Assembly (NCBI GenBank): GCA_046583315.1
Contig: JAYGCN010000312.1
Coordinates: 1-17,609 of the forward strand
Reading direction: 5' to 3'
Source: Candidatus Hydrogenedentota bacterium
GTDB taxonomy: Bacteria; Hydrogenedentota; Hydrogenedentia; Hydrogenedentales; GCA-2746185
Length of the DNA: 17,609 nt
In this document: positions 16,763 through 17,609 of the stretch, in pieces
How the letters are laid out: each line of letters begins with the position of its first letter
How positions within the stretch are numbered: position 1 is the first letter of the stretch
Made by a program: the position numbers and the translations under genes
The notes under the pieces: generated by a model
What the model was told of the DNA's origin: nothing
The model's input: only the letters and a program-made list of their open reading frames with translations
Database searches by the model: none

Positions 16763-17079
16763 GCCAACGCTTTGTCAGCGAACCCATATTCCCTGCCGAA
16801 GACGCCTTTGATACATCAGAAACGCCCATTGGCGAGCCACCCCTGCCCACGCGATTCACCTGGCGCGATGAAGAATACAAAGTCGACCGCGTACTCGAAC
16901 GTCGCAAAGAAACCAGCCCCGATAAAACCCACGGCAGCGGCGAAATGTATGTCCGCAAACACTGGTTCACCGTGCAAACCACCTCCGGACACGCCATGAA
17001 AATCTACTTCGAACGCCAACCCCGCTCCAAAGCCCAACACAAATCCCGCTGGTGGCTGTTTACGGTGACAGAGCCTTAA
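16759..17079 (+). CDS. Small cytoplasmic protein, DUF6504-like
   Basis: ATGA overlap with the upstream stop; FVSEPI....GEP.LP..F.WR..EY.V..VL...K....YVRKHWF.V.T..G..MKIYFERQ...RWWL pattern. The supplied ORF's extension to 16459 overlaps the oxidoreductase and is unlikely to be real. Confidence 0.72.
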   Translation: MSQRFVSEPIFPAEDAFDTSETPIGEPPLPTRFTWRDEEYKVDRVLERRKETSPDKTHGSGEMYVRKHWFTVQTTSGHAMKIYFERQPRSKAQHKSRWWLFTVTEP

Positions 17080-17609
17080 CCCAATTCCCACGGCTTCCGA
17101 TACTCATACTGCAACAACTCATTCGCGGCATCATGATTCGTGACGCGTTCGTTTTTCGCGTCCCATTCGAGGCGTGCGCCGGTTGCGAGGGACATGTTGC
17201 CGAGTAGGCTTAGTGTTGTCGAGCGGTGACCTTCTTCTACGTCGGCTTTGGGCATTTCGCGGGACCGCATGCAGTCCAGAAAGTCTCGCGCGTGCATCGA
17301 AGTCAGTTGCGCGTTAGTGCCTTCCGCTTTCTCGGACATCGGCTCCATGCGCAAATTGGGACTCTGAAACTGTCCACCCTTTTCGGGAAAAATCTCGAAA
17401 CTGCGACCCGAGATGTAGGCGGTTCCCTGCGTGCCACGAATCTCTACTTCACCCTTGCGCATCATGCCCGCGCCGGTGGCTTCGTAATGTCCAAAAGTGA
17501 GGAGGCGTCCCGATGCGAACTGAAACGTGGTCTCCATCGTATCGGGAATCGTGCGATCATCATCCACGATGAAGTGTCCGCCCATCGCGCACACCGAGGT
17601 CGGGGCTTC
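17076..17609 (-). CDS. Gfo/Idh/MocA family oxidoreductase, C-terminal part (runs off the right edge)
   Basis: Frame is open to the edge (EAPTSVCAMGG); DDR.IPDT, IRGTQGT, H.RDFLDCMRSR..P.ADVEEGHRST....LGN and YEYRKPWEL, the typical C-terminus of this subgroup. Confidence 0.9.
   Translation of the reverse strand, partial: EAPTSVCAMGGHFIVDDDRTIPDTMETTFQFASGRLLTFGHYEATGAGMMRKGEVEIRGTQGTAYISGRSFEIFPEKGGQFQSPNLRMEPMSEKAEGTNAQLTSMHARDFLDCMRSREMPKADVEEGHRSTTLSLLGNMSLATGARLEWDAKNERVTNHDAANELLQYEYRKPWELG

Noticed and set aside
1..17609. CRISPR arrays, tRNA/rRNA, transposases, prophage or defence genes
   Set aside because: No regularly spaced repeats, RNA gene signatures or matching protein motifs seen; coding genes account for nearly all of the sequence.

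Overview
A 17.6 kb, densely coding bacterial chromosomal window. The OprO/P porin and many secreted enzymes indicate a Gram-negative cell; a Planctomycetota/Hydrogenedentota-like carbohydrate specialist is only my impression. In order it holds: an apparent inverted junction at ~185-204 that fuses an internal acyltransferase-like fragment (- strand) to a 5'-truncated SulP fragment (+ strand); a His-rich Ni/Co transporter and a DUF1330 protein; a - strand porin/esterase/queuosine-precursor transporter unit; a sulfatase; an autoregulated TetR + membrane protein cassette with a perfect sigma70 promoter and a 30-bp operator palindrome; and a ~9.5 kb carbohydrate catabolic neighbourhood. That neighbourhood comprises KdgK, an Nramp-fold transporter lacking DPGN, a DUF1080 enzyme, an atypical ROK kinase with a PIG-L deacetylase, an unclassified six-hairpin glycosidase-like protein, two Gfo/Idh/MocA oxidoreductases and a DUF6504-like protein. 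I saw no rRNA, tRNA, CRISPR array or mobile element. The best candidates for under-described biology are the ROK/PIG-L/glycosidase amino-sugar module and the KdgK/Nramp-like/DUF1080 operon. All family calls come from motif recognition by eye, not database searches.
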